Origin: a candidate division WOR-3 bacterium
GTDB lineage: Bacteria; Hydrothermota; Tepidihabitantia; SM23-42
Direction of reading: 5' to 3'
NCBI GenBank assembly: GCA_020353055.1
Contig: CP070686.1
Coordinates: forward strand, 1,323,160 to 1,387,159
DNA length: 64,000 nucleotides
Shown: piece after piece, positions 56,511 through 64,000 of the stretch
How positions within the stretch are numbered: position 1 is the stretch's first letter
How the letters are laid out: the number at the start of each line of letters is the position of its first letter
Position numbers and translations under genes: made by a program
The notes under the pieces: generated by a model
Databases searched by the model: none
What the model was told of the DNA's origin: nothing
What the model saw: the letters and a program-made list of their open reading frames with translations, nothing else

Positions 56511-56741
56511 ATGTCAAAGATACCACTCACCGATATGGATGCTGGAATGAGAGGCAAGGTTGTAGAATTACAGGGCGGTCATGGACTCTGTGCACGTCTG
56601 AACGCGATGGGCATTAGACCGGGCGCAAGAATCACCAAAATAAGTGGACAGATAATGCGGGGACCGATTATTGTTAGAATTGGTGCCACCCAAATCGCAC
56701 TCGGCTTCGGAATGGCCAGCCGCGTGCTTGTTGAGGTTTAG
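56511..56741 (+). CDS. feoA: ferrous iron transport protein A
   Basis: 76 aa SH3-like FeoA (GMRGKVVELQGG...LNAMGIRPGARI). ATG 56511 lies directly after the fur stop. Confidence 0.8.
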   Translation: MSKIPLTDMDAGMRGKVVELQGGHGLCARLNAMGIRPGARITKISGQIMRGPIIVRIGATQIALGFGMASRVLVEV

Positions 56742-58466
56742 ATGATAAAGAAAATTCTGCTGATGGGCAATCCCAATGTCGGCAAGAGCGTAATATTCTC
56801 GCGGTTAACTGGCGTCAAAGTCATCGCTTCAAACTACCCGGGCACCACCATAGAATTCTGCCAGGGTTGCATTGGATCGGGTACCAGCAGAATCGATGTT
56901 GTGGATGTCCCAGGAACCTATAGTATCGAACCGAATTCCCCGGCCGAAGAAGTAGCCGTGTCCATTCTCGAAAAAGCGGTTGCAACCAAAGATACTATTG
57001 TCGTCAATGTCGTCGACGCCACCAACCTCGAAAGAAATCTAAACCTCACACTTCAACTTCTGAAAAGAAACATTCCGGTCCTGATAGCCCTTAACCTCTG
57101 GGACGAGGCTAAACACATTGGTATTTCGATCGACGCCGACGCCCTTGAAAAAATTCTCGGCGTTCCGATAGTGACGACCGTGGCAATCACCGGTGAAGGA
57201 ATAAAGGAACTCGTCTCTCGCCTCAGCGCTGCAAAACCCGGAGCATACGAGTATATCGATGAAGAACGATGGCATGAAGTAGGCAGAATCGTGGACAGGG
57301 TACAGATCATAAAACACAAGCATCACACCCTTGGCGAACGCCTTGGCGACCTTACGATCCATCCCTGGACCGGTCTTCCTATTGCCGTGATTGCCCTCCT
57401 GGTCATGTTCTTCATCATAAGATTGATCGGCGAGGGAATAATATCCCTGATGACCGAACCGTTTTTTGAAAATATCTGGGCGCCGCTTATGATGCGGATC
57501 TCACACCTTCTGGGGTCGGAAAGTGTTCTCCATAAAATAATCATCGGTCAACTGTTTGAAGGCACAATCGATTTCGGTCAGTCCTTTGGTGTTCTGACCA
57601 CGGGTCTTTATGTTCCCTTTGGCGCGGTCCTGCCATACATCTTTGCCTTCTATCTGGCACTCAGCATTCTCGAGGATTCCGGTTATCTGCCGAGGCTTGC
57701 AGTACTACTCGACAACGCCCTGCATGTTATCGGATTGCATGGCATGGCAATCGTGCCGATGTTCCTCGCATGCGGCTGTAATGTACCTGGCGTTATGGCT
57801 ACGCGTATCCTCGAAACAAAACGTGAGAGATTCATCGCGGCAACCCTCATGTCCCTTTCGATACCCTGCATGGCGCAGACCGCGATGATATTCGGTCTGC
57901 TCGGTAAATACGGAGTACGAGGTCTATTGCCTGTGTTCATTACACTCTTCACGGTATGGCTCATTGCAGGGAATCTCTTCAAGCTTCTGGTCAAGGGAGA
58001 AAGTCCGGAGATATTTACGGAAATTCCAGCTTACCGTCTGCCCCATTTTCCGACTTTGATGAAGAAAGTTTGGATGAGAATATACTGGTTCCTGCACGAG
58101 GCGGTGCCATTTGTCCTGGTGGGTGTTTTTTTTGTAAATCTGCTGTATGCTTTTGGAATCATTTCGATGCTGAGCAACATCATCGGTCCATTTACCGCTA
58201 GAGCATTCGGCTTGCCGTTTGAAGCGATCGGTGCTTTGCTGATAGGTTTTCTGAGAAAGGACCTGGCCGTCGGTATGTTGGCTCCGCTCAACCTTACCGT
58301 AAAGCAGCTCATTATCGCATGTGTAATCCTCACCATGAGTTTCCCGTGCATCGCAACGTTCGCCGTGCTGCTCAGGGAGTTAGGCGTAGTAGACATGCTC
58401 AAAGCCGCTTTCATAATGATAGCATCGGCATTCCTGGTGGGAGGACTGCTCAATCTGATTCTATGA
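56742..58466 (+). CDS. feoB: ferrous iron transporter B
   Basis: G-domain motifs GNPNVGKS, DVPG and LNLWD, followed by a polytopic membrane domain. Confidence 0.9.
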   Translation: MIKKILLMGNPNVGKSVIFSRLTGVKVIASNYPGTTIEFCQGCIGSGTSRIDVVDVPGTYSIEPNSPAEEVAVSILEKAVATKDTIVVNVVDATNLERNLNLTLQLLKRNIPVLIALNLWDEAKHIGISIDADALEKILGVPIVTTVAITGEGIKELVSRLSAAKPGAYEYIDEERWHEVGRIVDRVQIIKHKHHTLGERLGDLTIHPWTGLPIAVIALLVMFFIIRLIGEGIISLMTEPFFENIWAPLMMRISHLLGSESVLHKIIIGQLFEGTIDFGQSFGVLTTGLYVPFGAVLPYIFAFYLALSILEDSGYLPRLAVLLDNALHVIGLHGMAIVPMFLACGCNVPGVMATRILETKRERFIAATLMSLSIPCMAQTAMIFGLLGKYGVRGLLPVFITLFTVWLIAGNLFKLLVKGESPEIFTEIPAYRLPHFPTLMKKVWMRIYWFLHEAVPFVLVGVFFVNLLYAFGIISMLSNIIGPFTARAFGLPFEAIGALLIGFLRKDLAVGMLAPLNLTVKQLIIACVILTMSFPCIATFAVLLRELGVVDMLKAAFIMIASAFLVGGLLNLIL

Positions 58467-58491
58467 TCGCAGGATAGATGCAAAATGAGGC

Positions 58492-58519
58492 TTGACAAGA
58501 ATTCTTTTCTGATTATAAT
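58492..58519 (+). promoter_or_regulatory. consensus sigma70-type promoter (TTGACA-N16-TATAAT) 6 nt before the ATG of the second Fur-family gene
   Basis: Reads TTGACA agaattcttttctgat TATAAT tattcc ATG. Confidence 0.55.
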
Positions 58520-58525
58520 TATTCC

Positions 58526-58972
58526 ATGATTGAAATTATTCCAAACAGCAAGGAACTCAGGAAACTCCTGACGGAAAAGGGCCTCAAGCCCACGTACCAG
58601 CGGCTCATGATAGTTGATTATCTCCATCGTCATACGAGTGAACACCTGACCGTGGAGAAGATCTACAACTCGCTCTCCGGGCAAATGCCGGTGCTTTCGA
58701 TGACCACGGTATACAACACCCTCAATTCCTTTCTGAAAGCGGGTATTGTCTCCGCCATAACCATAACCGGTACTGAAATTCGGTACGGTTTCATAACTTC
58801 ACCACACCACCACTTTCTTTGCAGAGGTTGCGGTGATATCATCGACGTCGATGTCCGTTGTCCGATAGCAGACCGCAGGAGTATCAATGGATGCAAAATC
58901 GAAGAGATACATGGTTATTTCAAAGGTTTGTGCAAGAAGTGTTTGAAAAAACAGCGTAAACAAAAGACGTGA
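58526..58972 (+). CDS. Fur-family regulator, PerR/Zur-like
   Basis: SPHHHFLCRGCGDIIDVD and C-terminal CKKC. It heads an oxygen-defence gene set. Confidence 0.75.
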   Translation: MIEIIPNSKELRKLLTEKGLKPTYQRLMIVDYLHRHTSEHLTVEKIYNSLSGQMPVLSMTTVYNTLNSFLKAGIVSAITITGTEIRYGFITSPHHHFLCRGCGDIIDVDVRCPIADRRSINGCKIEEIHGYFKGLCKKCLKKQRKQKT

Positions 58973-59008
58973 AGAATGTGTCAAATACAACGATAAGGAG
59001 GAAAAAAC

Positions 59009-59233
59009 ATGAAAGAACAGGTCGAGAAAGTACTGGGCGAAATTAGACCCAGCTTAGAGGCAGACGGTGGGAATGTGGAGTTAGTCGAAGTGACTGATGA
59101 TGGCATTGTGAAGGTGAAACTGACCGGTGCCTGCGGAACTTGTCCAATGAGCACGCTTACTCTTAAAATGGCTATTGAAAAAACCTTGAAAGACCGGATA
59201 CCGCAAGTTAAATCAGTCGAACAGGTCTTTTAG
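59009..59233 (+). CDS. NifU C-terminal-domain (Nfu-type) Fe-S protein
   Basis: [17 protein letters not shown]...[16 protein letters not shown]. Confidence 0.8.
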   Translation: MKEQVEKVLGEIRPSLEADGGNVELVEVTDDGIVKVKLTGACGTCPMSTLTLKMAIEKTLKDRIPQVKSVEQVF

Positions 59234-59312
59234 TCTTTGCTCTAGTTTATATCTGACAACATCTGTCTGGTACTATGGTAAATTCAAAATTCACATAGAG
59301 GAGGCATGGTAA

Positions 59313-59474
59313 ATGGCAAAATATAAATGCACTGTATGCGGCTATATATACGACCCGGAAAAGGGTGATCCTGATTCCGGAATAAAGCCGGGTACGTCAT
59401 TCGACGCGATCCCTGATGAATGGGTATGCCCCGTCTGCGGCGTGGGTAAAGATCAATTCGAAAAGGTGGATTGA
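59313..59474 (+). CDS. rubredoxin (53 aa, missing from ORF track)
   Basis: My translation is [62 protein letters not shown] lies upstream, and the stop overlaps the next ATG (TGATG). Confidence 0.85.
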   Translation: MAKYKCTVCGYIYDPEKGDPDSGIKPGTSFDAIPDEWVCPVCGVGKDQFEKVD

Positions 59475-60658
59475 TGGCAATGCGTGAGATCAAAACCGGT
59501 ATATTATACGTGGGCTCGAACCATTGGGATCGCAGGCTGTTTGACGAACTGATCCCGTTGCCCGATGGTACAACATATAATTCCTATCTGATCTTCGGCA
59601 GCGAGAAAACTGCGCTCATCGATTCTGTGGATCCCGATAAGCAACACGAGCTCATTGCGAATTTGGAGAATCAAAATCTGAAGAAACTTGACTACGTGAT
59701 CTCGAATCACGCCGAACAAGATCATTCCGGAAGTATACCAAAGGTACTCGAAGCATTTCCCGGTGCGAAGGTTGTTACCAATGAGAAATGCAAAACCATG
59801 CTCATGGAACTACTTCTACTTCCTGAAGAAAAATTCATCACTATCAGTGATAAGAGCACGATATCAATCGGTGACAGAACGCTGGAATTTATCATCGCCC
59901 CTTGGGTACACTGGCCTGAAACGATGCTGACTTACCTGCGTGAAGACAAAATGCTATTTCCGTGCGATCTCTTTGGTGCCCATCTAGCGACCAGCGACCT
60001 CTACGCGAACGACCGCGCACGGGTTTATGAATCTGCGAAGCGCTATTATGCCGAGATCATGATGCCGTTCCGGAATGTCATCCAAAAACATCTGACAAAG
60101 TTGGAGGATTTCCCCATGGAAATCATCGCGCCGAGTCACGGGCCGGTACATAGAGATGTGAATTTCATAATCGATGCATACCGCGATTGGACATCGGATA
60201 CGGTGAAGAATGAAGTAATACTGCCCTATGTGTCGATGCATGGGAGTACAGAGAAAATGGTCCAGTACTTCATCGATGCTCTGATAAAAAGAGACATAAC
60301 CGTCAAGCCATTCAATCTAACAAAAACCGATATCGGTGAACTGGCAATCGCTCTCGTCGATGCGGCCACGATCGTCATCGCGGCGCCGACTGTATTAGTC
60401 GGCCCCCATCCGGCGGCAGTATACGCAACCTATCTGGCCAACGCGCTGCGCCCCAAAGCCAGATATGCATCGGTCATTGGGTCATATGGCTGGGGTGGTA
60501 AGATGTTAGAGCACATAACCAGCATGCTCGGAAACTTGAAGGTAGAGTTGCTGCAGCCTGTTATCGCCAAGGGACATCCAAAAGAAAGTGACTTCGAAGC
60601 AGTGGAGAAATTGGCAGATGCTATCTTGGAACGACACAGGGGGATTGGAATCGTATGA
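59474..60658 (+). CDS. flavodiiron protein (rubredoxin:oxygen/NO oxidoreductase type)
   Basis: Metallo-beta-lactamase-like domain with the NHAEQDHSG diiron motif, plus a C-terminal flavodoxin domain (YVSMHGSTEKM). Confidence 0.85.
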   Translation: MAMREIKTGILYVGSNHWDRRLFDELIPLPDGTTYNSYLIFGSEKTALIDSVDPDKQHELIANLENQNLKKLDYVISNHAEQDHSGSIPKVLEAFPGAKVVTNEKCKTMLMELLLLPEEKFITISDKSTISIGDRTLEFIIAPWVHWPETMLTYLREDKMLFPCDLFGAHLATSDLYANDRARVYESAKRYYAEIMMPFRNVIQKHLTKLEDFPMEIIAPSHGPVHRDVNFIIDAYRDWTSDTVKNEVILPYVSMHGSTEKMVQYFIDALIKRDITVKPFNLTKTDIGELAIALVDAATIVIAAPTVLVGPHPAAVYATYLANALRPKARYASVIGSYGWGGKMLEHITSMLGNLKVELLQPVIAKGHPKESDFEAVEKLADAILERHRGIGIV

Positions 60659-60715
60659 TGCTGACGCAACCGAATATCGGTACAGAATCCCGTTTTATTT
60701 TCAGCTCAGGCTCGC

Positions 60716-60744
60716 TTGACAAAAGGCTCTATTTGTACGATAAT
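60716..60744 (+). promoter_or_regulatory. sigma70-type promoter (TTGACA-N17-GATAAT) for ferritin-like gene
   Basis: Reads TTGACA aaaggctctatttgtac GATAAT. SD AAAGGAGG lies before ATG 60790. Confidence 0.45.
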
Positions 60745-60789
60745 AATGACAGTCAAGTAGTAAATAAAAACGATTAAAGGAGGTATTTC

Positions 60790-61284
60790 ATGAGTGTATT
60801 TGAACCGAGTGAAGTCTTTCAATTCGCAATAAGAATCGAAGAAGGTGGAGAGAAATTCTACCGCGAGATGGCGAATAAGTTAGAAAATACAGAAGTGAAA
60901 TCTCTATTTTCTGCCCTGGCTGATGAAGAGGTTAAACACAAAAAAACCTATGAAGGAATGGTTGCCAAAATCGAAAAATACGAACCTTTCGAAAGCTACC
61001 CAGGAGAATATTTATCATATCTACGGTCGTACGCAGATAATATTATATTCACTCCTCAACGCATGGAAGAAGAGATGAGGAAAATCAAAGATGCAACGTC
61101 TGCATTGAAATTCGCCATTGACCGCGAGCTTGATTCAATACTGTATTATCAGGAGGTGAAGAATCTCGTGCCGAAGAACCAGCGTGGTGAAATCGACAGG
61201 ATCATTGAAGAAGAAAGAAGACACTTCGTGAAACTCACGAAATGCAGCAGTGACGTCGCCGCTTCTTGTGTCCGTAAGGATTGA
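60790..61284 (+). CDS. ferritin-like diiron protein (rubrerythrin-family four-helix bundle, no rubredoxin domain)
   Basis: Paired E...ExxH motifs: IEEGGEKFY...DEEVKH and DRELDSILYY...EEERRH. Confidence 0.65.
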   Translation: MSVFEPSEVFQFAIRIEEGGEKFYREMANKLENTEVKSLFSALADEEVKHKKTYEGMVAKIEKYEPFESYPGEYLSYLRSYADNIIFTPQRMEEEMRKIKDATSALKFAIDRELDSILYYQEVKNLVPKNQRGEIDRIIEEERRHFVKLTKCSSDVAASCVRKD

Positions 61285-61440
61285 CGGTGAATTCCGGAAA
61301 CATCGATAGCGGCAGTAAGCATTATTAAGTACTTTGGGGGAATGGTGTTGGGACAGATGAAAGAAGTACAACGTAATACATACTATGTCATCTGTTATGG
61401 TAGACCAAAGAATCAAAACAACAACCAATAGGAGGTAAAA

Positions 61441-61860
61441 ATGGCTTCAAAAGAAATGCTCGATATGTTGAATAAGGCAATAGCCAGAGAACTGCAGGTC
61501 ACAATACAATACATGTGGCAGCACGTTATGTGGAAAGGCGTAAAAGGATTCTCGGTGAAAGATGAACTAAAAAGCATCGGCATTACCGAGATGAAACATG
61601 CTGAGGAAATAGCCGAACGTCTAACGTATCTTGGCGGCACACCGACGACAAAACCAGAACCGATATTTGTCGGTGGCACCCTCAAAGAGATGATCGAACA
61701 TGATAAGAAAGATGAAGAAGGCGCAATACAAATGTACAAAGATCTAATAAAGATGGCTGATAAAGAAGGCGACGAGGTCACCAAAAGAATGTTCCAGAAG
61801 ATACTGGCTGACGAAGAAGAGCATCACGATACATTTTCCGGATTGTTAGAAGAGATATAA
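61441..61860 (+). CDS. bfr: bacterioferritin-like protein
   Basis: NKAIARELQVTIQYMWQH, ITEMKHAEEIAERL (includes a Met at the position of the Bfr haem ligand) and ADEEEHHD. TAGGAGG SD lies upstream. Confidence 0.75.
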   Translation: MASKEMLDMLNKAIARELQVTIQYMWQHVMWKGVKGFSVKDELKSIGITEMKHAEEIAERLTYLGGTPTTKPEPIFVGGTLKEMIEHDKKDEEGAIQMYKDLIKMADKEGDEVTKRMFQKILADEEEHHDTFSGLLEEI

Positions 61861-61961
61861 GTACCCGTTTGGACTGTCGGTCACTTGGATGCAGGCTGAA
61901 GCGTCATCTATGATCCGTATTTGCTGGCAGCAGGTCCGCAGAGATCTACAGTCATAACAGT

Positions 61962-61987
61962 GAGAGGGAAGCCCACTCTTCCCTCTC
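61962..61987 (+). terminator. perfect 10-bp hairpin downstream of bfr (weak terminator candidate, no U tract)
   Basis: GAGAGGGAAG-cccact-CTTCCCTCTC. Confidence 0.3.
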
Positions 61988-62036
61988 TGATACGGCTGAT
62001 GGTATCCCATCACCAAAACCGAAAAGAGGTATAAAA

Positions 62037-62564
62037 ATGGCAGAAGTAACTGGCGAAATAATTGACATCATCAAAGAATCAATAAAATTAGAATTGAATG
62101 GACAGAGTTTCTTCGAACTGGTAGCTGAAAAAACGCATAACGAGCTTGGTAAGAAGATGTTTCTTAAACTCGCAAATGATGAAGCACAGCACCTCAAAGT
62201 GTTCAGCGATATTTTCACCACAATGGTAGGTGAGGATTGGAAGAAACACATCGGCGATATGGAATCCAAGCAAAAGGCACCGATGATCGACGCGCTGGCG
62301 AAGAAGGTCGAAAGTGCGGGGAAAGAAAATCGCGCAAGTGAACTTGAAGCGATCAGCATAGCAATGGACCTCGAAAGAAATGCCATAGATTTCTTTTCCA
62401 ACGCCGCCCGGGGAACGAAGGACGAAAAGGCCCGCGACATCTTCAACAAGATAGCCGATGAAGAGAGATTACATTATGATCTGCTGCAAGCTCAACATGA
62501 CTACCTTTCGAATTCGGGTTACTGGTTCGACGTCGCAGAGTTCCGCATGGATTCGAAATACTGA
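62037..62564 (+). CDS. ferritin-like diiron protein (rubrerythrin family, erythrin-like)
   Basis: LELNGQSFF...NDEAQHLKVF and MDLERNAIDFF...ADEERLHYDLL. Confidence 0.65.
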   Translation: MAEVTGEIIDIIKESIKLELNGQSFFELVAEKTHNELGKKMFLKLANDEAQHLKVFSDIFTTMVGEDWKKHIGDMESKQKAPMIDALAKKVESAGKENRASELEAISIAMDLERNAIDFFSNAARGTKDEKARDIFNKIADEERLHYDLLQAQHDYLSNSGYWFDVAEFRMDSKY

Positions 62565-62604
62565 CGCGTACAGCCATAGGGAGAATGAAAGAAAACCTTA
62601 AACA

Positions 62605-63540
62605 GTGGTGCTGAGTACAGCACTCCGGACGATAATCCCCATCCTGCTGCTTATCGGGGTGGGTGCGATGTCCCGAAAGTTGGGAATCCTCAAGGGCGGC
62701 GACGCAAGAGTATTGAGCGCATATGTATACTACTTCGCTTTACCGGCTTTGCTGCTTGTCAACATCGCGGAAACACAGTTCGACTCATCCACCCTCCGCT
62801 TCATGGCAGCTGGTATCACGCCGGTACTCATTGCATTCTTCTTCTACCTCGTAATATCCAGATTATTCTCTTTCTCAAAGAATACAACTTACGTTCTTAC
62901 GCTAGGCACGATATTCGGAAGCTGGGGATTCTTTGGCATACCTTTTGTGATGTTCGCCTTTCCCACCCGCGAAGCCGAAAAGCTCGCCACGCTTTCCCTT
63001 GTTTCGATAGCGGTGGTCAGCGTTACAATTTCGATCACGTTGTTGGAATATTATCGACTGAAGGAAACAAGTGTATGGAGCGGATTGTTAGTGGTTCTGA
63101 AGAAACTATCGAAGAACCCTCTCATCATATCAATCGTCCTTGGTCTGTTGATCGCCCTGCTCCGTTTGAAGATCCCTCCTCTTCTTCTTACTCCTCTACA
63201 CATGCTTGGCAGTACCACAGCAACTGTGGCAATCTTCTTGCTTGGCGCATTCCTGTACGGTAGGAAATACACAAGAATCACCCAAGCGTTGAAGTTAAGT
63301 ATTCTAAAGATCTTATTTCTCCCGGCCATTGCATTCTTGACGGTCGGCTTTTTCAGACTGGGGGAACCACACCGGTCCATCATCGTGCTCATGCACGCCA
63401 TGCCGCTTGCACTCTCGATGATCGTATTGAGTGAACGATATGATTTCAACAAGGAAACGTTCGCATCTTTGATCCTCATAACGTCGTTAGCCGCAGGTAT
63501 ATACCTCAACCTGTGGCTAATTGTTCTTGGCCACCAATGA
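62605..63540 (+). CDS. AEC (auxin efflux carrier) family transporter
   Basis: 311 aa with ~10 TM helices and a typical AEC two-half layout. GTG start; the start is uncertain. Confidence 0.75.
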   Translation: MVLSTALRTIIPILLLIGVGAMSRKLGILKGGDARVLSAYVYYFALPALLLVNIAETQFDSSTLRFMAAGITPVLIAFFFYLVISRLFSFSKNTTYVLTLGTIFGSWGFFGIPFVMFAFPTREAEKLATLSLVSIAVVSVTISITLLEYYRLKETSVWSGLLVVLKKLSKNPLIISIVLGLLIALLRLKIPPLLLTPLHMLGSTTATVAIFLLGAFLYGRKYTRITQALKLSILKILFLPAIAFLTVGFFRLGEPHRSIIVLMHAMPLALSMIVLSERYDFNKETFASLILITSLAAGIYLNLWLIVLGHQ

Positions 63541-63555
63541 TCACTGGAAATTGCA

Positions 63556-64000
63556 ATGTTGCATAATACCATCGATGTCCTCAATTCAGGAATCAGCGTC
63601 AACGGGGCCGTGATAAAGATTCACAGCATTGTGCAGGGGCGGTTCCGTGAAGAACAGAACGTTCGACTGCATTACCAAAGCCATGAGGGAGAAGAGTATC
63701 TGCTATATGTGAAGATATTCCATGGCCGGCCGCCTGAATATTTACCTTGGGTAGAATTATATGGCATGAATACGCATATCTGCGTCGACGGTAAACCGGT
63801 TGTCTATTTCGATTCGGCATTCGAAGACACAATACTCCATACCTTCAGCAAGAATCTCCGCCCGGGAGCTCGTATTTTCGTAGAATATCTCGATGATATC
63901 GAAACGCGAGAACAACTGCGCCGGGGCTTTCCGGCGGTGCTGAGCAGACTGGGATACAAGATGTTCAAACTTGGTTACACGTGGTTCAAGGACTGGTATT
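63556..64000 (+). CDS. hypothetical protein, N-terminal part (runs off right edge)
   Basis: Edge-open frame not in the ORF track. My translation reads MLHNTIDVLNSGISVNGAVIKIHSIVQGRFREEQNVRLHYQSHEGEEYLLYVKIFHGRPPEYLPWVELYGMNTHICVDGKPVVYFDSAFEDTILHTF...GYTWFKDWY. Confidence 0.5.
   Translation, partial: MLHNTIDVLNSGISVNGAVIKIHSIVQGRFREEQNVRLHYQSHEGEEYLLYVKIFHGRPPEYLPWVELYGMNTHICVDGKPVVYFDSAFEDTILHTFSKNLRPGARIFVEYLDDIETREQLRRGFPAVLSRLGYKMFKLGYTWFKDWY

Noticed and set aside
58031-58684. 217-aa minus-strand ORF
   Set aside because: It is antisense across the feoB 3' end and the second Fur-family gene, both well supported.
61342-61431. 29-codon upstream ORF whose TAG overlaps the bfr SD (MVLGQMKEVQRNTYYVICYGRPKNQNNNQ)
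   Set aside because: SD spacing for its own ATG is poor (GGGGGA only 1 nt away) and there is no recognisable peptide family. It is probably fortuitous.
61952-62449. 165-aa minus-strand ORF
   Set aside because: It is antisense to the erythrin-like gene, whose paired ExxH motifs are clear.
1-64000. CRISPR arrays, transposases, integrases, prophage, toxin-antitoxin or known defence systems; integration at the two tRNA genes
   Set aside because: I saw no direct-repeat arrays, recombinase-like ORFs or flanking repeats. Both tRNAs are embedded in housekeeping operons with their own promoters.

Overview
This is a 64-kb chromosomal stretch from what looks like an uncultivated diderm bacterium. It carries BamA, Skp-like and LolA-like genes, T9SS-type C-terminal sorting tails and NqrD/E-type subunits; an FCB-superphylum-like origin is inference only. 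I support about 66 protein genes and two tRNAs (Ala-CGC, Gly-UCC). I saw no rRNA, CRISPR array, transposase, integrase, phage gene or recognisable defence gene. Gene content is mostly housekeeping (gmk, dtd, rimO, clpC, bamA, argS, rsfS, glmS, nfi, glgA), with several accessory modules:

- A minus-strand operon led by tRNA-Ala: pdaD, an outer-membrane barrel, a 5'-nucleotidase, a T9SS-tailed EEP nuclease/phosphatase and a second barrel.
- A lamin-tail-domain surface protein.
- A sigma54 promoter with TGTC repeats driving two type IV pilin-like genes, downstream of an NtrC-type regulator with no adjacent kinase.
- A five-gene NQR-type operon (B-C-D-E-F) with no nqrA in cis, followed by an unknown coupled ORF.
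- An iron/oxygen-stress island with two Fur-family regulators, feoAB, a NifU-like gene, rubredoxin, a flavodiiron protein and three ferritin-like genes.

The supplied ORF track misses four genes that I translated by hand: two rubredoxins under 60 aa and two ORFs open at the window edges. Other oddities:

- An ArgS whose HIGH motif reads NIVS.
- A GlmU-like protein lacking the acetyltransferase domain.
- Two GalT-like paralogs, one with HxHxD.
- A Skp fusion protein.
- Very canonical TTGACA-N16/17-TAnnnT promoters, several placed so that the mRNA or tRNA would be leaderless.

No clear, self-contained novel system such as a defence locus is evident. The NQR variant and the tRNA-led scavenging operon are the best leads. 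All homology calls come from motif recognition by eye, not from searches.
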